The notes below the pieces were generated by a model. The model was not told where the DNA came from and did not search any database. It saw nothing but the letters and a program-made list of their open reading frames with translations. This document shows positions 21,643-30,203 of a stretch of 64,000 bases of DNA, in pieces. The DNA is taken from positions 933 through 64,932 of the forward strand of contig JAQUWY010000004.1 of NCBI GenBank assembly GCA_028692655.1. Direction: 5' to 3'. Both the position numbers and the translations under genes were made by a program. Positions within the stretch are counted from its first letter, which is position 1. Every line of letters begins with the position of its first letter. The stretch is from Candidatus Omnitrophota bacterium (lineage in GTDB: Bacteria; Omnitrophota; Gorgyraeia; Duberdicusellales; 4484-171).

Positions 21643-22250
21643 AAAAAACAGCGGCAAAAATAATTAAAAAGAAATCAGCCAAGATATTTGTTATCTCAGG
21701 CCCCGGGGGAGCCGGGAAAACTACTCTTGTAAATAAGATTTTCCAGGCAGGAAAAATCCAAGAGGCTTTTATCAAGGGGATAACCGTAACTACCCGGCTG
21801 CAACGGCCGCAGGAGATAGACGGCAGGGATTATTTTTTTGTGAGCAAAGAGGAATTCCTTAGGCTGAGGGCAAAAAAGTTTTTTCTGGAAAGCCAGAAGG
21901 TTCTGGATAACTACTACGGAACACCCAAGCTTTTTTATGATTTGGCCAGTGTTAAAAAAAAGGATCTTGTGCTTTGTATAGACGTTAAAGGGGGAATGTA
22001 TTTGAAAAGAAACAATAAACCTGATAAAATAATCACTCTTTTTATCGGCGCCCCTACACAGCAAGAATTGTATTTGCGAATGGGGAAAAGAAAAGAAGGG
22101 GAAGAGAACATAAAAAGAAGAATTGAATTGGCAGAAAAAGAAACCAAATACGTAAAACTCTACGATTATGCTATTACTAATAAAAGCATCGAAAAAGCAG
22201 CCAAACAAGTCAAAGAGATAATGCTAAAATATGCCAGCCGGCACGCTTAA
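21639..22250 (+). CDS. gmk: guanylate kinase
   Basis: P-loop GPGGAGKTT and guanylate kinase fold. The start overlaps the yicC stop. Confidence 0.88.
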   Translation: MKKTAAKIIKKKSAKIFVISGPGGAGKTTLVNKIFQAGKIQEAFIKGITVTTRLQRPQEIDGRDYFFVSKEEFLRLRAKKFFLESQKVLDNYYGTPKLFYDLASVKKKDLVLCIDVKGGMYLKRNNKPDKIITLFIGAPTQQELYLRMGKRKEGEENIKRRIELAEKETKYVKLYDYAITNKSIEKAAKQVKEIMLKYASRHA

Positions 22251-22325
22251 AGAGTGAGGAGGCAGCCGGCGAATCGGTTTGTAGAAAACCGGCTCTACGA
22301 TACAGAGCCGGCAAAGGAGGAAAAG

Positions 22326-22526
22326 GTGAATCAATTAAACATACCTTTAGAAAAATTGCTTAATGCAAGCGAAGGCTCTATTTATAAAGTAACTTTGCTT
22401 GCTGCCAAAAGAGCTATGGCTTTGGCTGACGGAGAAAAACCTTTGATAGAGAAGGCCAGCGAAAAAATATTGGACAATGCCCTGCGCGAAATTCGAGACG
22501 GCAAGATAAAAGTAAAAGGAAAATGA
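22326..22526 (+). CDS. rpoZ: DNA-directed RNA polymerase subunit omega
   Basis: GTG start preceded by AAGGAGG. IPLEKLLNASEGSIYKVTLLAAKRAMAL matches the conserved RpoZ core. The track ORF begins upstream at 22254 in the same frame. Confidence 0.8.
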   Translation: MNQLNIPLEKLLNASEGSIYKVTLLAAKRAMALADGEKPLIEKASEKILDNALREIRDGKIKVKGK

Positions 22527-22568
22527 TACATAAAGCGGTAAGCGATCAACAACCCAAAAAAAAATAAC

Positions 22569-22620
22569 GGCGGGATGCCCAAGTGGTCTAAGGGGGATGT
22601 CTGCAATCCCGCCCTTTTTT
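22569..22620 (+). terminator. rho-independent terminator after rpoZ (tRNA-like minihelix plus T6)
   Basis: GGCGGGAT...ATCCCGCC forms an 8-bp stem followed by TTTTTT. The 29-nt loop resembles the D-arm and anticodon loop of tRNA-Cys. Confidence 0.5.
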
Positions 22621-22624
22621 AGTT

Positions 22625-22696
22625 GGCGCGGTAGCCAAGCGGCAAGGCGACGGTCTGCAAAACCGTTACACACCGGTTCAAATCCGGTCCGCGCCT
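22625..22696 (+). tRNA. tRNA-Cys (anticodon GCA)
   Basis: Acceptor GGCGCGG/CCGCGCC, anticodon arm ACGGT-CTGCAAA-ACCGT, T-arm ACCGG-TTCAAAT-CCGGT. Confidence 0.85.
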
Positions 22697-22914
22697 GTGT
22701 AAAGTCGATAGTCCATAGACTATAGTCGATAGAAAAATAGGGGATCTAAATTTGGAAAATTAACAGTTTGGCAAAAGGCAATGAAGCTTTTACAGGTTAA
22801 GGCAGAAGAAATTGTGGAAATAATTTCTGAACTACGCAACTCTCTTAGACAAAAATTGTTCTTTCATATATATGGACTATGGACTATTAACTATCGTCTA
22901 TTGACTTTATTATT

Positions 22915-23000
22915 GCCGGAGTGTCGAAACTGGCAAACGATCTGGACTTAAAATCCAGCGCTCCGTAAGGAGCTTGTGGGTTCAAGTCCCACCTCCGGCA
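22915..23000 (+). tRNA. tRNA-Leu (anticodon TAA)
   Basis: 86 nt. Acceptor GCCGGAG/CTCCGGC, anticodon arm CTGGA-CTTAAAA-TCCAG, long variable arm (CTCC/GGAG stem), T-arm GTGGG-TTCAAGT-CCCAC. Confidence 0.85.
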
Positions 23001-23116
23001 GTCTAATTTTGCCTTTGGCAAAATTAGACAGAGCAATTGAGTAATAGACAATAGAACAATAGATGAAATAACTCAATTGCGGTCTATTTTCTATTGCTCT
23101 ATTGTTCTTTTTAGCT

Positions 23117-23200
23117 AGGCATCTCGGATATGTATCCTCGATGCCGATAAAAAATAAGGAATGACCCTGCATAGTTATCTTTTTTATCGGGCGATTAGCT
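23117..23200. repeat. tRNA-upstream element U (about 72 bp) fused to a duplicated 12-nt 5' end of tRNA-Val
   Basis: AGGCATCTCGG...GATGCCGATAAAAAATAAGGAATGACCCT... is about 70% identical to the 23845-23915 element just upstream of tRNA-Asp. It is followed by GGGCGATTAGCT, the first 12 nt of the tRNA-Val at 23388. Confidence 0.6.
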
Positions 23201-23387
23201 TCCCGCACAAACCCCATTTATACGGGACTTTCCGCCAAAAGCGGAATCCCGCTAAACAAATACATCGAGTAGCGGGAAATTCGACCAAACAACTTTTATG
23301 CACCTACGGTTTTAAAAGTTGTGGTCTCATTGAGCAGTTGGTAGTGGTTATTGTAAGCGCAAGGTTTTATAAAAGTGCTAAACTTTC

Positions 23388-23461
23388 GGGCGATTAGCTC
23401 AGTTGGCTAGAGTATCTCCTTGACATGGAGGGGGTCACAGGTTCAAGTCCTGTATCGCCCA
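23388..23461 (+). tRNA. tRNA-Val (anticodon GAC)
   Basis: 74 nt. Acceptor GGGCGAT/ATCGCCC, anticodon arm TCTCC-TTGACAT-GGAGG, T-arm ACAGG-TTCAAGT-CCTGT. Confidence 0.85.
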
Positions 23462-23769
23462 TGTTTTTTTGATGGCATGCCGGCGGTAACCGGCAGCAGG
23501 TTCCCCCGTACCAGAACTCGCTTTGCTCGTTCGGTCCGGGGTTAATTCGACCAAGCAATTTTTCTTCACTTCGTTTGAAAAAATGCGGTCTCATTGAAAA
23601 GTCCTGTATCGCCCATGTTTTTTTGATGGCATGCCGGCGGTAACCGGCAGCAGGTTCCCCCGTACCAGAACTCGTTTTGCTCGTTCGGTCCGGGGTTAAT
23701 TCGACCAAGCAATTTTTCTTCACTTCGTTTGAAAAAATGCGGTCTCATTGAAAAGTCCTGTATCGCCCA
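23447..23769. repeat. tandem array of two 154-bp units, each starting with the last 15 nt of tRNA-Val, plus a terminal third 15-nt copy
   Basis: GTCCTGTATCGCCCA occurs at 23447, 23601 and 23755. The intervening 139 bp are near-identical (one C/T difference) and carry the hairpin core shared with the tRNA-Glu repeats. Confidence 0.9.
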
Positions 23770-23915
23770 TGTTTTATAAATAAAGAAACAATCTTGGTTG
23801 ACATTTATAAATTATTTTATAAAATACATCAAGCAAAGAACATTAGGCATTACGGGTCAATACCCTCAATGCCGTGAAAAAACAAGGAATAACCCTTAAT
23901 GTTTTCATTCTTTCC

Positions 23916-23991
23916 GGGGTCGTCGATTAGCCTGGTTTAAGTCCCCTGCCTGTCACGCAGGTGATCGTGGGTTCAAATCCCATCGACCCCG
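23916..23991 (+). tRNA. tRNA-Asp (anticodon GTC)
   Basis: 76 nt. Acceptor GGGGTCG/CGACCCC, anticodon arm CCTGC-CTGTCAC-GCAGG, T-arm GTGGG-TTCAAAT-CCCAT, discriminator G. Confidence 0.85.
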
Positions 23992-24118
23992 TAGTTTTAT
24001 TTGCTCTATTAAGGTGGGCGGGACAACTCGAGGTTCAAAGTAATTACAGAGCCTAATACATTATTTGGCAATGGTTTTGTTCTTTGGCTAAGCTTCGGCT
24101 TTGCCGAAGATCATTGAC

Positions 24119-24135
24119 AAATCCCAGCGACCCCG
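24119..24135. repeat. 17-nt copy of the tRNA-Asp 3' end (AAATCCCAgCGACCCCG, 1 mismatch) 128 bp downstream of tRNA-Asp
   Basis: Direct repeat of the tRNA-Asp 3' end (the gene ends at 23991). This is the same arrangement seen at tRNA-Val and tRNA-Glu. Confidence 0.6.
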
Positions 24136-24423
24136 CCATGCTTTGCTGTTGTAAAATAATTTCATAGAAGTAAGCTTGCCCGTTGGAGCGTAGTAGTGGT
24201 TTCGTATGGTAAACCATAAAAAATTTACCCTCCGAAGCCCATCATTTTAGTTTTTCTTCTTGTAGAGTGCAGGAGGACCATTGGCTTTGTCAATTTTCCT
24301 TGTAAAATAATCCTTTGCTTTTGTTGTTCCTGAGTTCCCGGCTTTCATCAGCTATGCGAAACCCCAACGAGGATAATTTTGCACGCTCTATTATGGTAGA
24401 AGACTCGCTTATCAAGCAGGATA

Positions 24424-26247
24424 ATGATCAATATCATCAACAAGGAAGATTGTAATGGCTGTTGTGCTTGTGTTGATATCTGTGGTCAAAATGCAATTAC
24501 TCTTAAGATAGACCACGAGGGATTTTGGTATCCAGAGGTAGATAAGAGCCTTTGCATTAGCTGCGGGTTGTGTGAGAAAATCTGTCCGCAAATTCATTCA
24601 GATAAGATAAATAAGCTTAACAAAGAAAATCCTATTTGTTTTGCTGCTTATCATAGAGACAAAGGCGTTCGGTTGGATAGTACCAGTGGAGGAGTTTTTT
24701 CTGCTTTAGCAAATAAGATGTATGATGTTGGAGGTTATATCTCCGGGGCTATTTATGGCAAAGACTTTTCTGTACATCATATAGTGTCTAACAAACGCGA
24801 GGACTTGAGAAAAATAAGAAGCTCCAAATATCTTCAAAGTTCCTGCGAGGGGGTCTACAAAGAAATAAAAAGGCTTCTTGAAGAGAAAAAAAGGGTGTTG
24901 GCTTCCGGCACTCCCTGCCAAATGGCAGCCTTGCGTCTTTATTTAGAAAAGGATTATGAGAGCCTAACCACCTGTGATTTTGTTTGCCGGGGAGTTAATT
25001 CTCCAAAAGTTTTCCGTAAGTATTTGGACGCACTAGAAGAAAGGCACGGTTCCAGGGTGGTTTACGTCAAAGCAAAAGACAAGAAGCATGGGTGGAGAAG
25101 CCTGACCTTTAAGGCCGCATTCGAAAATGGCCAACTTTATTATGGAAACGGCATAGAGGACAATTTTACACGCGGCTATTTAAGAACAGGGTATTATTGC
25201 AGGCCTTCTTGCCTGGAATGCAAATTTAAAAAAATGCCGCGAATTGCTGATATTACAATCGGAGATTTTTGGGGCATTGAAAACGTGGTCCCCTCATTTG
25301 ATGATAATCTTGGTACTTCTTTAGTGATGTGTAACACGGCAAAGGGTTGTGCTGTTTTTGACGCAGTTAAAAATGAGTTACAAATACACAAAGCTACGGT
25401 AAAAGATATTGAGCAAGGAAACCCTCACCTGCGTGTTCCTATCAGCAATCCACAGACAATGCGAAAGGCTTTTTTTTCGGATCTGGAAAATATGACTTTT
25501 CCGAGAGCTGCTGCAAAGTATTTTCCCAAACCGGGACGCAAACTGGGCCATATGAAAGCAAAAATAAAAAAAACCCTTAAAGATGCACGCATTTTTTATC
25601 AAACGATGAAATTTTCGCCCAGGGCTTGGGCTCAGTTTTTCTGGATCAATTTCTTTCGAAGGAATACCGTATCCAAGTTATTAAAAATGCAGGTTATACT
25701 TCCAACACCCTATTGTGTGTTCGATATTCACCCGTCTGCTAAAATTGTTGTAAAAGGCTTAGTTGTTTTTGGGCTCAGCAAAATCCGGGGGTCTCGATTG
25801 GAGACTAGAATGCGCATAGATAAAGGAGCTCGGTTACATTGCAACGGCGGATTCACAATGTATGCTGGAGCAGATATCCAAATTTTCCCAGGGGGGGTGC
25901 TTACTTTTGAAGGGGGGCCTTATGCCGGATGCAATATTCATTGCCAGATTATCTATGCAGATAACATTCGCATCGGGAGAAGTACTTTAATTTCCAGGAA
26001 CGTTACGTTGAGGGATTATGACGCCCATTATATTATTCTAAAAGGTTACAAGGTTAAGGCCCCGATTATAATTGGAGATCATTGCTGGATTGGCGAGGGG
26101 GCTTTAATTTCCAAGGGGGTAACAATCGGAAACGGTTCAATTGTAGCTGCAAGGTCTTGGGTGACCGCCAATAATATAGCGGCAAAAACCCTTATTATGG
26201 GAAGACCGGCTATACCAATCAGGGAGAATATAGAGTGGGAAGTTTAG
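24424..26247 (+). CDS. fusion of a coenzyme F420 hydrogenase/dehydrogenase beta-subunit (FrhB)-like Fe-S protein with a C-terminal hexapeptide-repeat acyltransferase
   Basis: Two Cx2Cx2Cx3C ferredoxin motifs (CNGCCACVDIC, CISCGLCEKIC) and FrhB-like N/C domains. The last 170 aa or so show left-handed beta-helix repeats (GARLHCNGGFTMYAGADIQIFPGG...IGDHCWIGEGALISKGVTIGNGS). Confidence 0.65.
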   Translation: MINIINKEDCNGCCACVDICGQNAITLKIDHEGFWYPEVDKSLCISCGLCEKICPQIHSDKINKLNKENPICFAAYHRDKGVRLDSTSGGVFSALANKMYDVGGYISGAIYGKDFSVHHIVSNKREDLRKIRSSKYLQSSCEGVYKEIKRLLEEKKRVLASGTPCQMAALRLYLEKDYESLTTCDFVCRGVNSPKVFRKYLDALEERHGSRVVYVKAKDKKHGWRSLTFKAAFENGQLYYGNGIEDNFTRGYLRTGYYCRPSCLECKFKKMPRIADITIGDFWGIENVVPSFDDNLGTSLVMCNTAKGCAVFDAVKNELQIHKATVKDIEQGNPHLRVPISNPQTMRKAFFSDLENMTFPRAAAKYFPKPGRKLGHMKAKIKKTLKDARIFYQTMKFSPRAWAQFFWINFFRRNTVSKLLKMQVILPTPYCVFDIHPSAKIVVKGLVVFGLSKIRGSRLETRMRIDKGARLHCNGGFTMYAGADIQIFPGGVLTFEGGPYAGCNIHCQIIYADNIRIGRSTLISRNVTLRDYDAHYIILKGYKVKAPIIIGDHCWIGEGALISKGVTIGNGSIVAARSWVTANNIAAKTLIMGRPAIPIRENIEWEV

Positions 26248-27179
26248 CAAAAAATAATATAAAAAAAGAAAAAACAATTCTTAATAATGGGATTGAAATA
26301 CCGCCTATTATCCTTGGAACAGCCCATCCGTTGCACGACAAAAAACTGGCTCAAGGGAAAGGGAAAATATGCAATTGCCTGATTCGAATTTTCTATAATA
26401 AAATATACAGCAAATTTCTTGTTTTAAAACAGGTAGTAGCCATAGCCGGTGCAATAAAAATGGGTTACAGGGCCATTGACACTTCAGCTGCCTACGGAAA
26501 TGAAAAGTTTATTAAATGGGGAATTAAGCTAAGCGGCATTAAAAGAAGGGAACTATTTATTACCACAAGAGTGAGCAACCAACAACAGTGGAAGGGGCAC
26601 ATAAAAAAATCCTTGTTAGAATCAATGAGAGCGTTGGGAGTAGATTATGTGGACTTATATATGTTTCACTGGCCGGTAACAGATGTTTTTATTGCTACGT
26701 GGAGGCAGATGGAATCTGTTTATGAAGAAGGGCTGGTAAAATACATTGGTGTCGCGAATTGTCACCAACATCATTTGGAAAAGCTTTTAGCAGGAGCTTT
26801 GGTTGTGCCAGCAATTAACCAGTTTGAGATACATCCATTGATGACCCAGAAGCCGCTCATTGCCTATTGTATGTCAAAGGGAATTGCAGTTGAGGCATAC
26901 ACCCCGATAGGCCGCAATCACGAGAAGCTTATGCGTAATGATATTTTGAAAAAATTATCCAAAAAATACAATAAAACAATTCCCCAAATTATTCTAAGGT
27001 GGCATTATCAAAACAGAATAATATCAGTTCCACGCTCCACTAGCTTTAAACACTTGAAAGAAAATCTTTGCATTTTTAATTTTGAACTTACCCCCGAGGA
27101 AATGAAAAAGATAGATTCAATAAATACTGATTTAAGATTAAGGTATAATCCAGACGATTGCGATTTTAACAAGCTATAG
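26235..27179 (+). CDS. aldo/keto reductase family oxidoreductase
   Basis: Typical AKR N-terminus (ILNNGIEIPPIILGT) and MGYRAIDTSAAYGNE. Confidence 0.8.
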   Translation: MGSLAKNNIKKEKTILNNGIEIPPIILGTAHPLHDKKLAQGKGKICNCLIRIFYNKIYSKFLVLKQVVAIAGAIKMGYRAIDTSAAYGNEKFIKWGIKLSGIKRRELFITTRVSNQQQWKGHIKKSLLESMRALGVDYVDLYMFHWPVTDVFIATWRQMESVYEEGLVKYIGVANCHQHHLEKLLAGALVVPAINQFEIHPLMTQKPLIAYCMSKGIAVEAYTPIGRNHEKLMRNDILKKLSKKYNKTIPQIILRWHYQNRIISVPRSTSFKHLKENLCIFNFELTPEEMKKIDSINTDLRLRYNPDDCDFNKL

Positions 27180-27348
27180 AGCCATAGGGTGTCTGGCTTT
27201 CTCAAGGTAGGTTTGTAACATGTGTGTTAAAGAAGGAGTCCAAAATCTGATTAGGATTATAGCAAGAAGCATAAAACTTGTTATATGTTCCATAATTAAA
27301 ATCTCTACCCTGCATTTGAAGAAAGGGAAGAACATAACGAGATATTAC

Positions 27349-27897
27349 ATGTATGAACACTTGTCGAAAGTGCTGATGGAGGCGAGTAGGGAAAACTCGG
27401 GCAACTCAATACTTTCTATAAGCCATTCACAAGGGTTAGCTGAGCTACTAAGTATTAAAAACCCAAAAATCACTCCAGCTAATTTTCCACAGTATAACAC
27501 GCTTGATTTGCCATTCAAAGATAATGAATTTGATTGGGTGGTTAGCGATCAAGTTTTAGAACATATCGAAGGCAACCCACAGAAGGCAATAGATGAATCT
27601 TGCAGGGTTTTAAAGCCCGGTGGAGTAGCTGTCATTACTACATGTTTTATTAACACAATACATGGATGTCCCAAGGATTTTTGGCGTTTTACTCCAGAGG
27701 CATTGCAGTTGTTGTGTAAAGAGTTTACAGAAATTATAGATATGGGAGGCTGGGGTAACCCATACATTTGGCTGCTTATCTGGCTAGGGATGCGGCATTT
27801 TCCAACCCCGCATGCAAAATGGCACCCATTACACATACTAGCAACTATCAAAAAAAGAAGCTGCCCAATTGTAACATGGGTTGTAGCTAAAAAATAA
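27349..27897 (+). CDS. class I SAM-dependent methyltransferase (Methyltransf_11-like)
   Basis: DWVVSDQVLEHIEGNPQKAIDESCRVLKPGGVAVIT. I place the start at the ATG at 27349; the track ORF starts at 27220. Confidence 0.6.
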   Translation: MYEHLSKVLMEASRENSGNSILSISHSQGLAELLSIKNPKITPANFPQYNTLDLPFKDNEFDWVVSDQVLEHIEGNPQKAIDESCRVLKPGGVAVITTCFINTIHGCPKDFWRFTPEALQLLCKEFTEIIDMGGWGNPYIWLLIWLGMRHFPTPHAKWHPLHILATIKKRSCPIVTWVVAKK

Positions 27898-27975
27898 TCT
27901 GCGAGACAACAAGCCAAAAAAATTAATGCAAGAGTTATTGTTGTATATAGAAATAAAACCGTTTAAACTTTAAAG

Positions 27976-29118
27976 ATGAAACCCTTCTCAAAACCAATTT
28001 ATGTTACACGTCCGTTGTTGCCGGATAGAAAAGCCATACATCGTAAACTTGATGAAATATTAGATGCCCAGTGGTTAACCAACCGAGGCCCACAACATAA
28101 ACTTTTCGAGAAAGAAATCACGCGATACTTAAAAGTTCCGTATGTAAGTTTAGTAAATAATGGCACCTCAGCCCTACAATTAGCTTGCCGCGTTTTACGG
28201 CTGACAGGGGAGGTAATAACAACACCTTTTACTTTTCCTGCCACACCACACGCGCTTTATTGGAATAATATAAAACCGGTTTTTTGCGATATCGAAGAGG
28301 CCAGTTGGAATATCGATCCATCCAAGATAGAAGCGCTAATCACTCCGGCTACAAGTGCTATACTTCCTGTACATGTGTTTGGCAACCCCTGTGACACCAA
28401 AGCTATACAGAAAATAGCAGATAAATATAGGCTCAAAGTTGTTTACGACGCAGCACATTGTTTTGGGGTAAAAGTTGGAGAAAAGGGTATAGGAAATTTT
28501 GGCGATGCCTCGGCTTTTAGCTTTCATGCGACAAAAGTATTCAACACCCTTGAGGGAGGAGCCATAACCTGCAAAGACCCAGCTATAAAGGAAAGGATAG
28601 ACTTGGCTAAGAATTTCGGTTTCCAGGGAGAAAATACAATAGTTGCTCCAGGCATAAATGCCAAAATGGATGAATTTCAAGCGGCTTTTGGTTTGGTATG
28701 CCTAAAAATTTTAGCCAGGGAGATAAAAAAAAGAAAAAAATTAACCGCAATATATCAGCAAAGATTAAGTAAAATAGAAGGAATTGATTTTGCAACTAAC
28801 AATAACAGAACGGTTGAGCATAATTATTATAATTTTGTAATCCGTGTGGATGAAGGAGAGTTTGGCAAAAGCAGAGACCAATTATATGAGGAGCTTAAAA
28901 AATACAATATATTTACACGCAAGTATTTTTATCCCCTTTGTAGCCAATTCCAGTGCTACAGAGATAGCTCATCAGTTTTCCCGATAAATCTTCCGGTAGC
29001 AGGAAGGGTGTCTAAAGAGGTCTTAAGTCTTCCCCTGTACGGAGGATTAGCTGAGAGCTGTGTAAGTAAAATATGCGACATCGTGGAAGCATTAAGGAAA
29101 TCTAATAATCAACTGTAG
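27976..29118 (+). CDS. DegT/DnrJ/EryC1/StrS-family PLP-dependent sugar aminotransferase
   Basis: 380 aa with the characteristic layout (DAAHCFG, SFHATKVFNTLEGG) of nucleotide-sugar aminotransferases. Confidence 0.85.
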   Translation: MKPFSKPIYVTRPLLPDRKAIHRKLDEILDAQWLTNRGPQHKLFEKEITRYLKVPYVSLVNNGTSALQLACRVLRLTGEVITTPFTFPATPHALYWNNIKPVFCDIEEASWNIDPSKIEALITPATSAILPVHVFGNPCDTKAIQKIADKYRLKVVYDAAHCFGVKVGEKGIGNFGDASAFSFHATKVFNTLEGGAITCKDPAIKERIDLAKNFGFQGENTIVAPGINAKMDEFQAAFGLVCLKILAREIKKRKKLTAIYQQRLSKIEGIDFATNNNRTVEHNYYNFVIRVDEGEFGKSRDQLYEELKKYNIFTRKYFYPLCSQFQCYRDSSSVFPINLPVAGRVSKEVLSLPLYGGLAESCVSKICDIVEALRKSNNQL

Positions 29119-29302
29119 TTATATTTTACTTTGATTAGGAAAGGTTACGACAACGACGAATGCAATATTTTTTACAATTTCTTGAAGTATTATTAAAGCA
29201 TAAACCTACACCAACAAAATAATTAGACTGTTTAAAAGTAAAAAAGAGAAATCTAGAAAGATACGGAAGCTCTAAGACCAAGATCAATTAAAAAAAAATA
29301 GA

Positions 29303-30040
29303 ATGGGCAAGCACAAGCGGGTTATCGTAATAGTAGACCACATAGAGTTATTTAAAGAATTTGTTGGTATTATACAACGATTAAAAAATAAGGTGTCATT
29401 TTCTTTTTTTTGCAGCCCAAAAAATAGAAATTTCAAGTTAAAAAAGTTCAAAACTTTTGAGGTAAAAAGCTTAGATGTAAACCAATCTCGGAAATGGGTT
29501 ATCGACAATTGCGATTTAGTTATATCGTTGCACTCAAAACAAATCTTTCCAAGTAAGCTAATAGCCAAGAAAAAGTGCGTCAATGTACACCCTGGCTTCT
29601 TGCCTTACAACAGGGGCTGGTACCCACATATTTTTTCTATTATAAACAAAAAACCTACCGGCGCGACAATACATGAGATGACCAATATATTAGATTTCGG
29701 CCCAATAATTGATAGTCAGGAAATCAAAATAAAACCCGATGATACTTCTGCGTCTTTATATAAAAAGATTTTCAAGGTGGAAGTGAAACTCATAAAAAAA
29801 AATATAGAAAAAATCATTGAGGGGGATTATACAACTGTTATGCCGAATACAAAAGGCAATATAAATTATAAAAAAGACTATTATAAACTTTTACCTATTG
29901 ACAGAAATAAAAAAATTAAAGCCGAAAAAATAATAAATAAGATCAGGGCTTTAACACATGGCGAATGCAGGGGAGCTTATTTTATTGATAAAAATAAGGA
30001 AAAGTTTGAAATTAAAGTGAGCTTACGCAGGGTTAAATAA
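29303..30040 (+). CDS. sugar N-formyltransferase-like protein (formyl_transf N-domain)
   Basis: VNVHPGFLPYNRGWYPHIF matches the HxSLLPxxxG motif of Fmt/WlaRD/VioF-type N-formyltransferases. It follows an aminotransferase. Confidence 0.65.
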   Translation: MGKHKRVIVIVDHIELFKEFVGIIQRLKNKVSFSFFCSPKNRNFKLKKFKTFEVKSLDVNQSRKWVIDNCDLVISLHSKQIFPSKLIAKKKCVNVHPGFLPYNRGWYPHIFSIINKKPTGATIHEMTNILDFGPIIDSQEIKIKPDDTSASLYKKIFKVEVKLIKKNIEKIIEGDYTTVMPNTKGNINYKKDYYKLLPIDRNKKIKAEKIINKIRALTHGECRGAYFIDKNKEKFEIKVSLRRVK

Positions 30041-30203
30041 GCCTTACAATTTAAATCAGCTGCGGCAAGAGATTGATGAATACAAAAAATAGGATTTAGG
30101 AAACGAAAATTCTGGGGACTAGAATTGAAAGAATAGAGTTTTGTTCTAACCCCGCGAAAAAACTTTATTTAAAGTGGGCCAGTAAATAAGGAAAACGCTG
30201 ACC

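Noticed and set aside
22783-22950. A 55-codon ORF (MKLLQVKAEEIVEIISELRNSLRQKLFFH...) between tRNA-Cys and tRNA-Leu
   Set aside because: It runs into the tRNA-Leu gene and has only a weak RBS. It may be a gene remnant, but there is not enough support to call a CDS.
22948-23397. ORFs 22948..23217 (minus) and 23161..23397 (plus)
   Set aside because: They overlap tRNA-Leu antisense and the repeat/U-element region, and no conserved motif was recognised.
23394-23748. Track ORFs 23394..23723 and 23566..23748 (minus), encoding ...NEQSEFWYGGTCCRLPPACHQKNMGDTGLEPVT
   Set aside because: They are translations of the tandem tRNA-Val 3'-end repeat units and overlap tRNA-Val antisense. The similar peptide in ORF 7949..8344 arises from the same repeat core near tRNA-Glu. 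They are repeat artefacts, not genes.
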